From Acidimicrobiia bacterium (GTDB lineage: Bacteria; Actinomycetota; Acidimicrobiia; Spongiisociales; ZC4RG35), in the NCBI GenBank assembly GCA_965215185.1, contig OZ244034.1, positions 1,568,001 to 1,632,000 on the forward strand: a stretch of 64,000 bases of DNA, given 5' to 3'. Positions 40,326 through 50,949 of this stretch are shown here, piece after piece (positions within the stretch are counted from its first letter, which is position 1; each line of letters starts with the position of its first letter). A model generated the notes under the pieces. It saw nothing but the letters and a program-made list of their open reading frames with translations. It made no database searches and had not been told where the DNA came from. The translations under genes and the position numbers were made by a program.

Positions 40326-42737
40326 ATGGAGAGCGCGGATGAGCTCCGTAAAGAGAACCAGGCCCTACGGGAACGTCTGTCCCGGCTGTCCCAAGCCAGC
40401 CGGCGTATCAACGAGAGCCTTGACCTTGACGCGGTCCTGCAAAGAGTTCTGGACAACGCCCGAGAGTTGACCGACGCCCGCTACGCGTTGATAACCACGG
40501 TCGACAGTTCGGGCCAGGTGGAAGATTTCCTAGTCTCGGGCCTCACCACCCAAGAATCCGAACAACTGCTCGAAGTACCGGAAGGTCTGGACTTCTTCTC
40601 CTACCTCACTGCCCTTCCCGGACCGCTCAGGGTCGGTGACTTGGGCAGCCACACCAGATCGGTCGGTCTTACCGAGTTCCGCCCACCCGCACCGGTCAGC
40701 GCCTTCCTCGCCGCGCCCCTACACCACCGCGGAGAGAGCGTAGGCAACATCTACGTGGCGAAAAGCCAGCCCGGTGCGGGGTTCAGCCGTGAAGACGAAG
40801 AGACCCTCGTAATGTTCGCCTCCCAGGCCGCCCTGGTGATCGTCAACGCTGGCAAACACCGGGACGAACAACGCGCCAGGGCAGACCTCGAAGCTCTGGT
40901 GGACACCTCACCAGTGGGGGTGGTCGTCCTGGACGCCACGGCGGGGACGCTGGTTTCGTTCAACCAGGAAGTGGCTCGGATCTTTGGCGATCTGCAACCG
41001 CCGGACTGTCCCGTTGAGCAACTCTGGGAGGTGCTGACTGTCGTACGGGCCGATGGCACAGAACTCTCCCTCCGAGATATAACGCCCGCCCAGGCGATCA
41101 GCGCCGGGGAAGTGATACGCGCCGAGGAAGTCGTCTTCAAGGTACCGGACGGTCGCAGCGTCACCGCCATGATGAATGCCACACCAATTCGCTCGGAAGG
41201 CGGCCACGTCGAGTGTTTCGTGATCACCCTCCAAGACATGACACCATTCGAGGAACTCGAGCGGCTACGAGCCGAGTTCCTCGCGATGGTGAGCCACGAA
41301 CTGCGGGCCCCGCTCACATCCATCAAAGGCGCCGCGGCCACCCTGATCGGGTCCGGCCCCTCGCTGGACCCCGCCGAGATGGTCCTCTTCTTTCGGATCA
41401 TCGACCAGCAGGCCGACCACCTGAGCAGCCTGATCACCGACCTGTTGGACATGGCCCGTCTCGAGACCGGCGCCCTGTCGGTGTCCCCCGCGCCCTCGGA
41501 AGCAGCCGTCCTGATCGACGAAGCAAGGAACATGTTCCTCGTGGGAGCAAGCGGACACAGCATCCACATCGACCTGGAACCGGACCTGCCCCGAGTCATG
41601 GCAGACAGACGGCGCATAATCCAAGTGCTCGCCAACCTGCTGTCCAACGCCGCGAGGCACTCCCCCGAACCTTCAGCCATCCAAGTCGTTGCCACACAAA
41701 GCGGAACCCACATCGCCTTTTCTGTCAGGGACCAAGGCAAAGGCCTGTCCCCCGACCTTCTTCCCTACCTGTTCAGGAAGTTCTCCCGAATCGAAGGAAA
41801 CCACCACCAAAGCGGACTAGCCCGGACCGGTCTTGGACTTGCCATCTGCAAAGGGATAGTAGAAGCCCACGGAGGCCGGATCTGGGCCGAAAGCGACGGA
41901 CCAGACCGCGGCGCTCGATTCACCTTCACGCTTCCCGTGGTCAGCGAACTCGCACCCATCGCCCCGACCGGACCGGTCCGCACGGCACCGCAATGGGGAG
42001 GCAGCAAACGGATCCGGATCCTCGCAGTAGACGACGACCCCCAAACACTCAGGTACCTCCGCGACACGCTCACCGACGCCGGCTACGCACCCACCGTTAC
42101 AGGCGACCCCCAACAACTAAACCGTCTAATACAGCAACACAAACCCCACCTCGTGCTGCTCGACCTCATGCTGCCCGGCACCGACGGAATCGAACTGATG
42201 AGAGAAAAACCCGAACTAGCCGGTCTACCAGTCATATTCCTGTCAGCCTACGGCAGAGACCACACAGTGGCACGCGCTCTCGAAGCCGGCGCGGTCGACT
42301 ACATCGTCAAACCCTTCTCACCCACAGAACTAACAGCAAGAATAAAAACAGCACTACGACAACGAACCACCCCAAGATCAGAAGAACCGTCCGAGCCCTA
42401 CCGGCTAAAAGAACTCACCATCGACTACGACCAACGCACAGCATTCCTAGCAGGCCGACCACTGAAACTAACCGGCATCGAGTACCGACTCCTCTACGAA
42501 CTCTCCGCCAACGCCGGTCAGTTAGTAACCCACCAAGGCTTACTACAACAAGTCTGGGGGGTCGGACACCCCGGCCACTCGGGACCGATCCGTACCACCA
42601 TCAAAACCCTACGACGCAAACTCGGCGACGACGCAAACAACCCCACCTACATCTTCAACGAACCACGCCTCGGCTACCGCATGCCCGAAAAACAAAAAAC
42701 AAACCCGACCAAACCCCAAACCACCATCCTCGACTGA
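40326..42737 (+). CDS. Hybrid sensor kinase / response regulator: GAF-PAS-HisKA-HATPase-REC-OmpR winged helix
   Basis: SLDLDAVL..LHHRGESVGNIY (GAF), VSHELRAPL, NLLSNA, GLGLAICK, VDDD..LLDLMLP..YIVKPF, LRRKL..I.NEPRLGY. Confidence 0.9.
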   Translation: MESADELRKENQALRERLSRLSQASRRINESLDLDAVLQRVLDNARELTDARYALITTVDSSGQVEDFLVSGLTTQESEQLLEVPEGLDFFSYLTALPGPLRVGDLGSHTRSVGLTEFRPPAPVSAFLAAPLHHRGESVGNIYVAKSQPGAGFSREDEETLVMFASQAALVIVNAGKHRDEQRARADLEALVDTSPVGVVVLDATAGTLVSFNQEVARIFGDLQPPDCPVEQLWEVLTVVRADGTELSLRDITPAQAISAGEVIRAEEVVFKVPDGRSVTAMMNATPIRSEGGHVECFVITLQDMTPFEELERLRAEFLAMVSHELRAPLTSIKGAAATLIGSGPSLDPAEMVLFFRIIDQQADHLSSLITDLLDMARLETGALSVSPAPSEAAVLIDEARNMFLVGASGHSIHIDLEPDLPRVMADRRRIIQVLANLLSNAARHSPEPSAIQVVATQSGTHIAFSVRDQGKGLSPDLLPYLFRKFSRIEGNHHQSGLARTGLGLAICKGIVEAHGGRIWAESDGPDRGARFTFTLPVVSELAPIAPTGPVRTAPQWGGSKRIRILAVDDDPQTLRYLRDTLTDAGYAPTVTGDPQQLNRLIQQHKPHLVLLDLMLPGTDGIELMREKPELAGLPVIFLSAYGRDHTVARALEAGAVDYIVKPFSPTELTARIKTALRQRTTPRSEEPSEPYRLKELTIDYDQRTAFLAGRPLKLTGIEYRLLYELSANAGQLVTHQGLLQQVWGVGHPGHSGPIRTTIKTLRRKLGDDANNPTYIFNEPRLGYRMPEKQKTNPTKPQTTILD

Positions 42738-42765
42738 ACCGCCCCGACTTTAGGGGGAGAGTGTT

Positions 42766-44682
42766 TTGATGCCTATTGAACATGATGTGACGGAGGCGGC
42801 TGTGGTGGCTGCTGGGGTGGTGTCTGATGAGGTGGTGGAGGCGGTGGTTTCGGACGCTGCTGCTGGTGGTGTGGACCTTCTGGGTCCTGATGGGGTGTTG
42901 GCCGAGTTGACCAAGCGGATTCTGGAACGTGCTTTGGCTGAGGAGATGACCGATCATCTGGGCTATGAGTCCGGTGATCCGATGGGTCATGGTACGGGTA
43001 ACAACCGTAACGGGTCCTCTCCCAAACAGGTGCTGACTAAAGATCGGCGCGGTGGATTTGGACATTCCACGGGACCGTAACGCTACGTTCGAACCGAGGA
43101 TCGTTCCCAAGGGCGCCCGGCGCCTGGAACGCTTCAACTCCAACATCGTGGCGTTGTACGCCCGTGGCCTGTCCACTCGTGATATCCGCTTGGAACTAAA
43201 AACGCATGTACGGCGTGTGAGGTTCCCCCGGTTTGGCGGACTGTTTTGGTTGGTGTTCATGCCACCAGTTGTTGTTGGTGGCGGTAGTTTACGGGGCTTT
43301 GTTGGTTGTTGTAGGAGTGTCTCCTTTCGGGGTTGTACCAGCCTTCGATGTACTCGAAGATTGCCAGGCCCAGCTGGTGGCGGGTCTCCCATTTCTGGCG
43401 GTCCAGCAGTTCTGTTTGGAGGGTGGCGAAGAACGATTCCACGACGGCGTTGTCGTAGGCGTCACCGACGGTTCCCATGGATTTGAGGATCCCGGCGTCT
43501 CGAAGTGTCTTCCCAAAACGCCAGGATGTGTATTGGGTTGCGTTCCGTGGTCGGAATGGTGCACCAGTCCCGAGTTGGGTCTGGGGCGCCGTTTCCACCT
43601 CGCCATTTCGAACGCGTCACAGACGATCTCTGCTTTCAGGTGGTTGGCTATGGACCAGCCGATCACTTCCCGGTTCCAGGCGTCCATCACCACTGCCAGA
43701 TACACGATGCCGCCACGGGTGGGATGCTCGGTTATATCCGCCAGCCACAGCTGGTCTGCTCTGGTCGGCGAGAACCGTCGTTCTACCAGGTCAGCCGCGA
43801 CCTGACCCTTTGACGTCTTGCGCCGGTAGGTGGCCTTTCGGCGGGTGATACCTGCTAGGCGGGCGAGGCGCATCAGCCGCTCCACCCGTTTGCGTCCCAC
43901 CCGGATACCCAGACCGTGGCGTAGCTCGGCCCATACCCGCGGTGACCCCTAGGTGCCTCGCGAACGCTCATAAATCGTTCCGATGGTCTCAGTGAGCCTG
44001 GCGTTGTCGACCCAACGCTGTGAGGGGTTGGTCCGACGTTTTCACCCGGTCGTAGAACCCCGAGGTGGACACTCCCAACTGTTTGGCCATGAACCTGATC
44101 GGAAAACCCGCCTTCTCCGCCACCCGTGAACTCATAGATCATTTCGGGAGTACGTTCTCCTGGGCGAAGAAGGCCGCGGCTCGAGAGAGCAGATCACGCT
44201 CCATTCGCAACACCCGGTTCTCCCGCCGCAGACGGGTCAACTCTTTCTTTTCTTCGGTGGACACCCCAACAGACCGGCCTTCGTCGATCTCGGCCTGGGC
44301 CACCCACCTTCGCAAACCGGAAACCGAAATCCCCAGCCGGCGAGAAATCGCCGCAACCGACTCGTCACTTTCGCGGACCAGATCCACGGCCCTACGCCGG
44401 AACTCCTCCGGATAAGGAGCAGGCATACAAATACCTCCTATTCCGAGAGACCAAACAGCCTCTCATACGATCACAGAATACGTGTCCGCAAAAACGGGGG
44501 AACTCCAGTGGACGTGTCGCCGGCGTTGGTGTCCAAGGTCACCGACGGGATTGTTGAGGAGCTCACAGACTGGGTAGAACCGGCCGCTTGACGGGTGTTA
44601 TCCCCTCTTGTACATAGATGCCATGATCGTCAAGGTCCGTACCAACGGAACTGTCATCAACCGCCCAGCGTACGTGGTGTGA
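42766..44682 (+). mobile_element. IS256-family transposase pseudogene interrupted by IS3
   Basis: RNG..PK, IPRDRNATFEP, LYARGLSTRDI, then after the insert DVSPALVSKVTD..YIDAMIVKVR. Confidence 0.85.
43218..44507 (-). mobile_element. IS3-family element (orfA 44139-44426, orfB frameshifted)
   Basis: IRs TGAGGTTCCCCCGGTTTGGCGGAC / TGGAGTTCCCCCGTTTTTGCGGAC; GTG target duplication; W.ADIT, HHSD.G, DNAVVESFF. Confidence 0.9.
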
Positions 44683-44691
44683 CGCTCCTAT

Positions 44692-45045
44692 GATGCTCCT
44701 ATTTTTGTCAAATCGTTTGTTGGGTGAGCCATTGTTGGTATTGGGTGGCGAGGTGGAGGTTGTGGTATAGGCCTCGTTCGAGTTGGGAGATGCGGTTGGG
44801 GTGGGTTTGGAGGGCGGTGGCGGCGTGGGTGAGGGTGATCTGTGTGTGGTGGCGTTGGGTGCGTAGGAGGGCGCCGTTGGGTGTTGGTGGTGGGTTGGTG
44901 AGCAGGTGGTAGATCTCTCGGGCGATGTGGCGTTTTAGGCAGCGGATGATCTCCCGGCGGGTTTTGCTCTCGGTTTGGCGGCGGTGGGTGTATTCGATGG
45001 TGGGTTGATGGCAGCGCATCCGGGTGGTGGCGATACGCCATAAGG
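44692..45045 (-). mobile_element. IS110-family 3' remnant with C-terminal HTH and element end
   Basis: LWRIATTRMRC...KTRREIIRCLKRHIAREIY; end TGACAAAAATAGGAGCATC. Confidence 0.8.
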
Positions 45046-45145
45046 ATGCTTCTATGATCTCCAAATCGGGGATTTTGGGGTGGGGGTCTTGTTTGGCGGG
45101 TTTAGGGGGTTTGGGGTGTTGGTGGTGGGTTTTCGAGTAGTCGGT

Positions 45146-46415
45146 TGAAGTTGTCCCGGTTTGGTGGACCATCACTCTGAGATTTGGGATTCTTATCCCG
45201 GAAGGAGTGTTTCATGTCGAAATCGAGAGCACCGTATGCGGTGGAGTACCGGGCGGAGATGGTTCGCCTGGTCAGAGCCGGTCGTAGTATCGAGGAACTG
45301 AGCCGGGAGTTCGAACCTTCCCATCAAACCATTCGCAACTGGGTCCGCCAGGCCGACATTGACGATGGCCAAAGGAATGGTTTGACCACCGCCGAACGGG
45401 AAGAGCTGGGTGGGCTGCGTCGGGAGAACCGGATTCTGCGTGAGGAAAAGGAGATCCTGGCAAAAGCAGCGGCCTGGTTCGCAGAGGAGACCGGATCGAC
45501 CCCGCGGAGGCGTTTGGGTTCGTGAAAGCAAACCAGGCTGTCTATTCGGTGCGGCGCATGTGCCAGTTGTTGGGTGTCACTCTCCCAGCGGCTACTACGC
45601 GTCGCTTTCCCGTCCCACCTCTGATCGGGTGAAGACCGACCGGACGCTGAGAGACCGGATAGTGGAGATCCATCACCGGTCACGGGGCACCTATGGCGCG
45701 CCTCGGGTACACGCCGAACTCGCCGCTGAGGATGTGCGGGTGGGTCGCAAAAGAGTGGCCCGTCTCATGCGTAAGGCCAATATCGAGAGTGTTCACCGCC
45801 GCCGGCGGATATCCACTACTCGCCGCGACCCGGCCAAACGGGCGGCGCCGGACCTAGCGAAGCGCCGGTTCCGCACCCAGGGACCTGACCGAATCTGGGC
45901 CGCCGACATCACCTATGTTCCCACCCAGGCCGGGTTCTTGTATCTGGCAGTGGTGATAGATCTATGGTCACGGAAAGTGGTGGGATGGTCCATGCGATCA
46001 GACCTCACCACCCCTTTGGTCACCGACGCGTTGGACATGGCTATCTCACAACGCAAAACCCAACGGAGTGCTTCTCCACTCGGACAGGGGCAGCCAATAT
46101 AGCTCAACCGCGTTCGGGAACCGATGCCAAGAAACCGGAATCGTACCCTCCATGGGACGCCGAGGAGACGCGTATGACAATGCCGTCGCCGAGTCGTTCT
46201 TCGCCACCCTCGAAACAGAACTCCTCGACCGCAACACCTACCACACCCGCACACAAGCACGCACCGCCGTCTTCGACTTCATAGAAGGCTTCTACAACCC
46301 CACCCGACGGCACTCCACCCTCGGGTACCAATCACCCACCAACTACGAAAGGAACCCCCCAAACACCCACTGAACCCTCAAACCGAAAACCGTCCACAAA
46401 AACGGGGCAACTCCA
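45146..46415 (+). mobile_element. IS3-family element (orfA 45214-45525, orfB frameshifted)
   Basis: IRs TGAAGTTGTCCCGGTTTGGTGGAC / TGGAGTTGCCCCGTTTTTGTGGAC; YGAPRV, WAADITY, HSDRGSQY, DNAVAESFF; no TSD seen. Confidence 0.88.
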
Positions 46416-46549
46416 AACAATGAAGCTACGGTCCTCCAGAGAAGGTAGATTCAAACTGGCTGATGCCGCTTGGTGCCGGTCACCTGTGAGTCTCGACTGG
46501 GCGTGGTTAGAGGCTTCGTGATGGGCGCGCCCGCCGATCTCCGACAAAG

Positions 46550-47230
46550 CTAACGCGGTACCGCCAGAGCGACCACGAGTGCGGCCACCGTCAGTAGACC
46601 GGGCACCAACACGAGCCTCGCTGGACGGAGTTCTGTGCGCCTCTTGTGTATACGCTCTATCACCCGGTCGGTGCGCTTGTCGGAGCGGAGCGCTGGCAGG
46701 CCGGCCAGCACCCCGAGAGTGACTCCTAGACCGTAGAGGAGTCCGTGGATTGGGTCGCCGTGTCCTGTCGCCACCAGGATCACGCCCAGCGCCGGTAGGG
46801 GTGTGGTCCTGACAGTCGACATGGGTAGGCCGGTGTCGAGGCCCCAGGCGAGTACGCCCAGTGGGCCCTTTAGGCGCCAGTCGTATGGGGTTTGCCGTAG
46901 TGGACCGAGGGAGGTAGACCGACCGGCCCAGAGACGTACAGAGTCGACTCCTAACAGCACCGTCGCTAACACCAGGGCAGCCAAGGTGGAGGAGTGTTCG
47001 CCAACCGTTCGCCTGACCCACACTCCGCCCGCGTGTACCGCCAGAAGGGAGAGCATTGATGAGGACAGCACGCCGAACGCATACACTCCGCTGTCGGTGA
47101 CTCTTCTAATGCCGCGGTTCGCCACGAAGGTCGGGCCGAACTGGCCCACGAAGGATATGCCTCATGGGCTGTAGCGCTGGAACCACCCACCTGCGCCTAA
47201 TACCGCCGCCGACAGCACCGACTCCAGCAA
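46550..47230 (-). CDS. MauF/CcdA-like membrane protein, probable selenoprotein (TGA at 47162-47164)
   Basis: Frame reads LLESVLSAAVLGAGGWFQRYSP*GISFVGQF, then TM helices, RQTP.DW and WGLDTG..MST; SECIS-like hairpin after TGA; exact start (47230 or 47218) uncertain. Confidence 0.65.
47126..47164 (-). promoter_or_regulatory. Putative bacterial SECIS element
   Basis: TGA-GGCATATCCTTCGT-GGGCC-AGTTC-GGCCC-GA-CCTTC: 5-bp GC stem, loop with G at position 2, loop 19 nt after UGA. Confidence 0.55.
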
Positions 47231-48232
47231 TCCTCAGCCCAACTTCGCCGCTCGAAGCCCGATGGTCGTCGAGGATGGCTTGCTCCACTCCAACGGCTCT
47301 CGGCCTGATACTGCCCGGTCTCCTGTCTCATTAAGCGTCACGTGGATGGCCTGAATTCCTTCACTATCGGCGGGCCGACGCCCTGCGCGTTGACGGCGCT
47401 GACCCGAACGAAGTGTTGAGTCCGGTAACAAAGTCGGATAGTGAAGACGCAGGAGATGTCCATTTCGAGGTCGAGGCCGGTGGTGAACTCGGGCTTGCTG
47501 TAGTCGCTTTCGTAGCCGCGACGCACACTGAGCCAATATCGGATGATTGGCGACGCTCCTTGGTCGGTGGGTGCCGACCATTCGAACTCTAAACTAGTAA
47601 GGTTGAAAACCGCATGGGCGAAGGGGATGCTAAGGTTGGCGGGCGGACCTGGAGCGTCGCCCGGTTCGCCGGTGGTTTCGGCGATTTCGCTGGAACCGTT
47701 GGCGTTGAGGGCGATTACTCGCACGGTGTATTTGGCGCCGTTGGTGAGCCCGGTGATTTCGTGGCTTCTGGATGTAGCGGTGGCCGTCGCTTGGCGGTCG
47801 GTTTCGCTGTATTCTTGGCCTGTGCCTTTCCACTGGATGCGGTATTCGGTTATTGGGGAGCCGCCGTTCCAGGGTGTGTCCCAGGCGAGGTGCAGGCCGC
47901 CGTCTATGGAAAAGACTCCGAAACCTAGGGGACGGCCAGGAATCGCAGCGGGTGTGCCTGATGTGTCAGCGGGGCTGCCCGACCCCCTGGCGTTGACAGC
48001 GATGATCCGCAGGTCGTAGGAGTCACCGTTGCGGAGAGGGCCGATGTACGCGAGCAGTTTTCCGCTCGCGGAAACTGTCACCCGCCGATGCGAGCACGCA
48101 GAGTCGTCGTAGTCTTCGCCCGCGCCTTTCCACAGCACCCGGTACTCCGATATTGGTGTGGAGCCTTCGTTGCTGGGCGACTGCCACCTGACCGCTAGAT
48201 TTTGGTTGCGGGCTGTGACGACCGGCGAGATC

Positions 48233-49369
48233 GGAGCGCCCGGACTCTCGGCTAGGAGCAGCGACCCGGTCACTGCAGGGCCGGTGCCGGTTGCGTTGAT
48301 CGCTGCGACGCTTACCGTGTACTCGTTGCCGATGGTAAGTCCGGTAATTTGGTGGCGCGGGTTGGTGACGGTGGCTCGGCGTTGGGTGTCGCTGAATTCT
48401 TCGCCGGTGTCTTTCCATTGCACTAGGTATCCGATCACGGGCGAGCCGTCGTCGGCGGGTTCGCCCCATGACACCAGCAGGTTTCCCATAGTGGAACGAA
48501 GGGTGAGGCTTGTGGGCGGTCCAGGAACTGTAAGGGGCACTCCCGTTTCTGAGGCCGGCGGTCCCGTGCCGGTGAGGTTCACGGCCCTTACTTGGACTGT
48601 GTAGGTGCTGCCGTTGTCCAGACTAGGGATCTGGTGGCGCGGGTTGGTGACGGTGGCTCGGCGTTGGGTGTCGCTGAATTCTTCGCCGGTGTCTTTCCAT
48701 TGCACTAGGTATCCGGTCACGGGCGAGCCGCCGTCGTCGGCGGGTGGCTGCCAGGTTACGGTGAGTTGCTGGTTGCCCGGTTCGATCATCATTTCGCGGG
48801 GAGCGCCCGGACTCTCGGCTAGGAGCAGCGACCCGGTCACTGCAGGGCCGGTGCCGGTTGCGTTGATCGCTGCGACGCTTACCGTGTACTCGTTGCCGAT
48901 GGTAAGTCCGGTAATTTGGTGGCGCGGGTTGGTGACGGTGGCTCGGCGTTGGGTGTCGCTGAATTCTTCGCCGGTGTCTTTCCATTGCACTAGGTATCCG
49001 ATCACGGGCGAGCCGTCGGCGGCGGGTTCGCCCCATGACACCAGCAGGTTTCCCATAGTGGAACGAAGGGTGAGGCTTGTGGGCGGTCCAGGAACTGTAA
49101 GGGGCACTCCCGTTTCTGAGGCCGGCGGTCCCGTGCCGGTGAGGTTCACGGCCCTTACTTGGACTGTGTAGGTGCTGCCGTTGTCCAGACTAGGGATCTG
49201 GTGGCGCGGGTTGGTGACGGTGGCTCGGCGTTGGGTGTCGCTGAATTCTTCGCTGGTGTCTTTCCATTGCACTAGGTATCCGATCACGGGCGAGCCGCCG
49301 TCGTCGGCGGGTGGCTGCCAGGTTACGGTGAGTTGCTGGTTGCCCGGTTCGATCATCATTTCGCGGGGA
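48233..49369. repeat. Near-perfect 567-bp tandem duplication (two FN3 domains)
   Basis: GGAGCGCCCGGACTCTCGG at 48233 and 48800; TCGCGGGG at 48794 and 49361; only a few substitutions. Confidence 0.92.
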
Positions 49370-49705
49370 ACGCCCGGTGCCGCCGCGGGTGTGGCTGATG
49401 CGGGTGGAGTTGACCATGGCCCCTCGCCCACATCGTTGATTGCCCTAACACGTACATAGTATTCCGTGCCGTTGTCAAGACTCCCGATCCGACGGTTGAG
49501 AACCTCACCGGCGACTGTCACGCTCGGGTCTGATTCCGAAAGCTGGTTATCGCCGGAACGCCATTGGAGCCGGTAGTCGGTTATTGGCCGTCTCCCGTCG
49601 TCGCCTGGTGCTTTCCACGACACTTGCAGGGCCCTGTCATGTACCAGCAGTTTGAGGTCGGTAGGAGCGCCGGGTTCGGTCGGTGTCCTAACCCGTGTCC
49701 TATTG

Positions 49706-49818
49706 CCACCACCACCCGAGCCACCACCACCCGAGCCACCACCACCCGAGCCACCACCACCCGAGCCACCACCACCCAGCCACCACCACCCGAGCCACCA
49801 CCACCCGAGCCACCACCC
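49706..49818. repeat. 15-bp tandem repeat (CCACCACCACCCGAG)x7 encoding GGGGS
   Basis: Seven units plus a partial; the fifth unit (49766-49779) lacks one G. Confidence 0.95.
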
Positions 49819-50637
49819 GCTCCCGCTCCGGTGCTTTGGTCGGCGCTGTTGTCCTCGGTCGGACATACCCCTCCGAAAGAGACGAAAGCTCGTTGCAGGA
49901 AGCTAGCCATCTGCGCACGCGTCACCGGTTCCTCGGGACAGAACCTCGCCGGGTTCACCGCACAACCCCGGGTGAGGCCCGTTTCAGCCAACGCCTGAAT
50001 GGCGTCGGTATGCACACTCTGGCCCACATCAACAAAAAACAAGGCCGACCCCGAAGCGACCAACCTGAACGCTCGTTGCAGGAAGCTAGCCATCTGCGCA
50101 CGCGTCACCGGTTCCTCGGGACAATACCTCGCCGGGTTCACCGCACAACCCCGGGTGATCCCCAAGTCTGCTATGCGCTCCACATACGGCAACCACCAAA
50201 CCCCATCCTCCACATCAACGAATCGCGACTGCGTTACCCCCAACTGGCCGTCGCCGGGCACGCCATCCCGAGGTTCGATGCTGTCGAGCACGCGCACCGT
50301 CCAAACGGCCATAGTCCAGCGCAGCACCGGTTCACTCGGACAGAAAAGGCCCTCGCCGCACTCGGTGCCGTCAAACACCCCCAACCGCGCCAGCTTCATC
50401 ACCGCCTCCGAATGCACCCCAGCATCGTCCTCAAAGTCCGCCTGAACAGTCTCAGGACCAATCGCCACTGCCGTAGCTAGCAGGGCCAACACGACCACAA
50501 CCCTCAAGGTCGCCACCCCATCCCGTACCCGAGGCCGAGTTGGGCGCTAGCCGCATCGCCTTGGAGGTCCGAGTGTTCCATCCGAAGTCTGGAAAGCCAC
50601 CGGTTCAGACGGCGACCGCACCGGGATGCCGTAGCTA

Positions 50638-50949
50638 TCAGGAGCAGCATCCGACCTGGTAGGAACACATCGTTATATTGGAAAAGCAGTCATCCCCTGT
50701 AGAGCACTCGCAGCACATGCAACGGCCGTTATTGCAGGCCCAGCACCTGATGTTCTGGTTCTGCTCGGCACATAGAAGCGGGCACCAAGGATTGTTTTCG
50801 GACTGCAGGAGGCAGCAACTGGAGCTCTGGGCCAACGCAGGCGAAGCTCCCAACAACGCCTGAGTTCCCGTCGCCACAACGGCCAGAGCCGCTCCAGTCA
50901 CCGTACGCAAGAACCACCTGCGGCTTCGCGGCGCCATCCCAATCGTCAT
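50638..50949 (-). CDS. Tat-exported cysteine-rich mini-protein (14 Cys in ~63-aa mature part)
   Basis: SRRWFLR twin-arginine motif, ALA cleavage site, CC..C..C..C..C..C.CC.C..C..C..CC pattern; ATGA overlap with the upstream gene. Confidence 0.85.
   Translation of the reverse strand: MTIGMAPRSRRWFLRTVTGAALAVVATGTQALLGASPALAQSSSCCLLQSENNPWCPLLCAEQNQNIRCWACNNGRCMCCECSTGDDCFSNITMCSYQVGCCS

Larger units (their letters stand above)
47338..50516 (-). pseudogene. Secreted SLH x3 - (GGGGS)n - FN3 x8 surface protein, frameshifted in the linker
   Basis: Signal peptide VQA-D and SLH repeats in ORF 49581-50516; FN3 repeats in ORF 47338-49866; one 14-nt unit in the 15-nt linker repeat shifts the frame. 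Confidence 0.85.

Noticed and set aside
42735-42760. TGAACCGCCCCG IS3-like inverted repeat at the kinase stop codon
   Set aside because: No partner end or IS3 ORF follows and downstream sequence is IS256; at most an orphan end.
48233-49369. FN3 duplication or SLH copies as DGR template and variable repeats
   Set aside because: No reverse transcriptase in the window and differences are not adenine-specific.
49706-49818. G4S linker as a sign of synthetic DNA
   Set aside because: It is embedded in a native SLH-FN3 gene and no vector parts, tags or markers are present.
49695-49918. Poly-His (HHHPS) and WWWLG repeat proteins
   Set aside because: Alternate-frame readings of the GGGGS linker repeat.
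50635-50640. TGA-TAG after the Cys-rich peptide as a C-terminal selenocysteine
   Set aside because: No convincing SECIS-like loop downstream and the Cys count is already even; a tandem stop is simpler.
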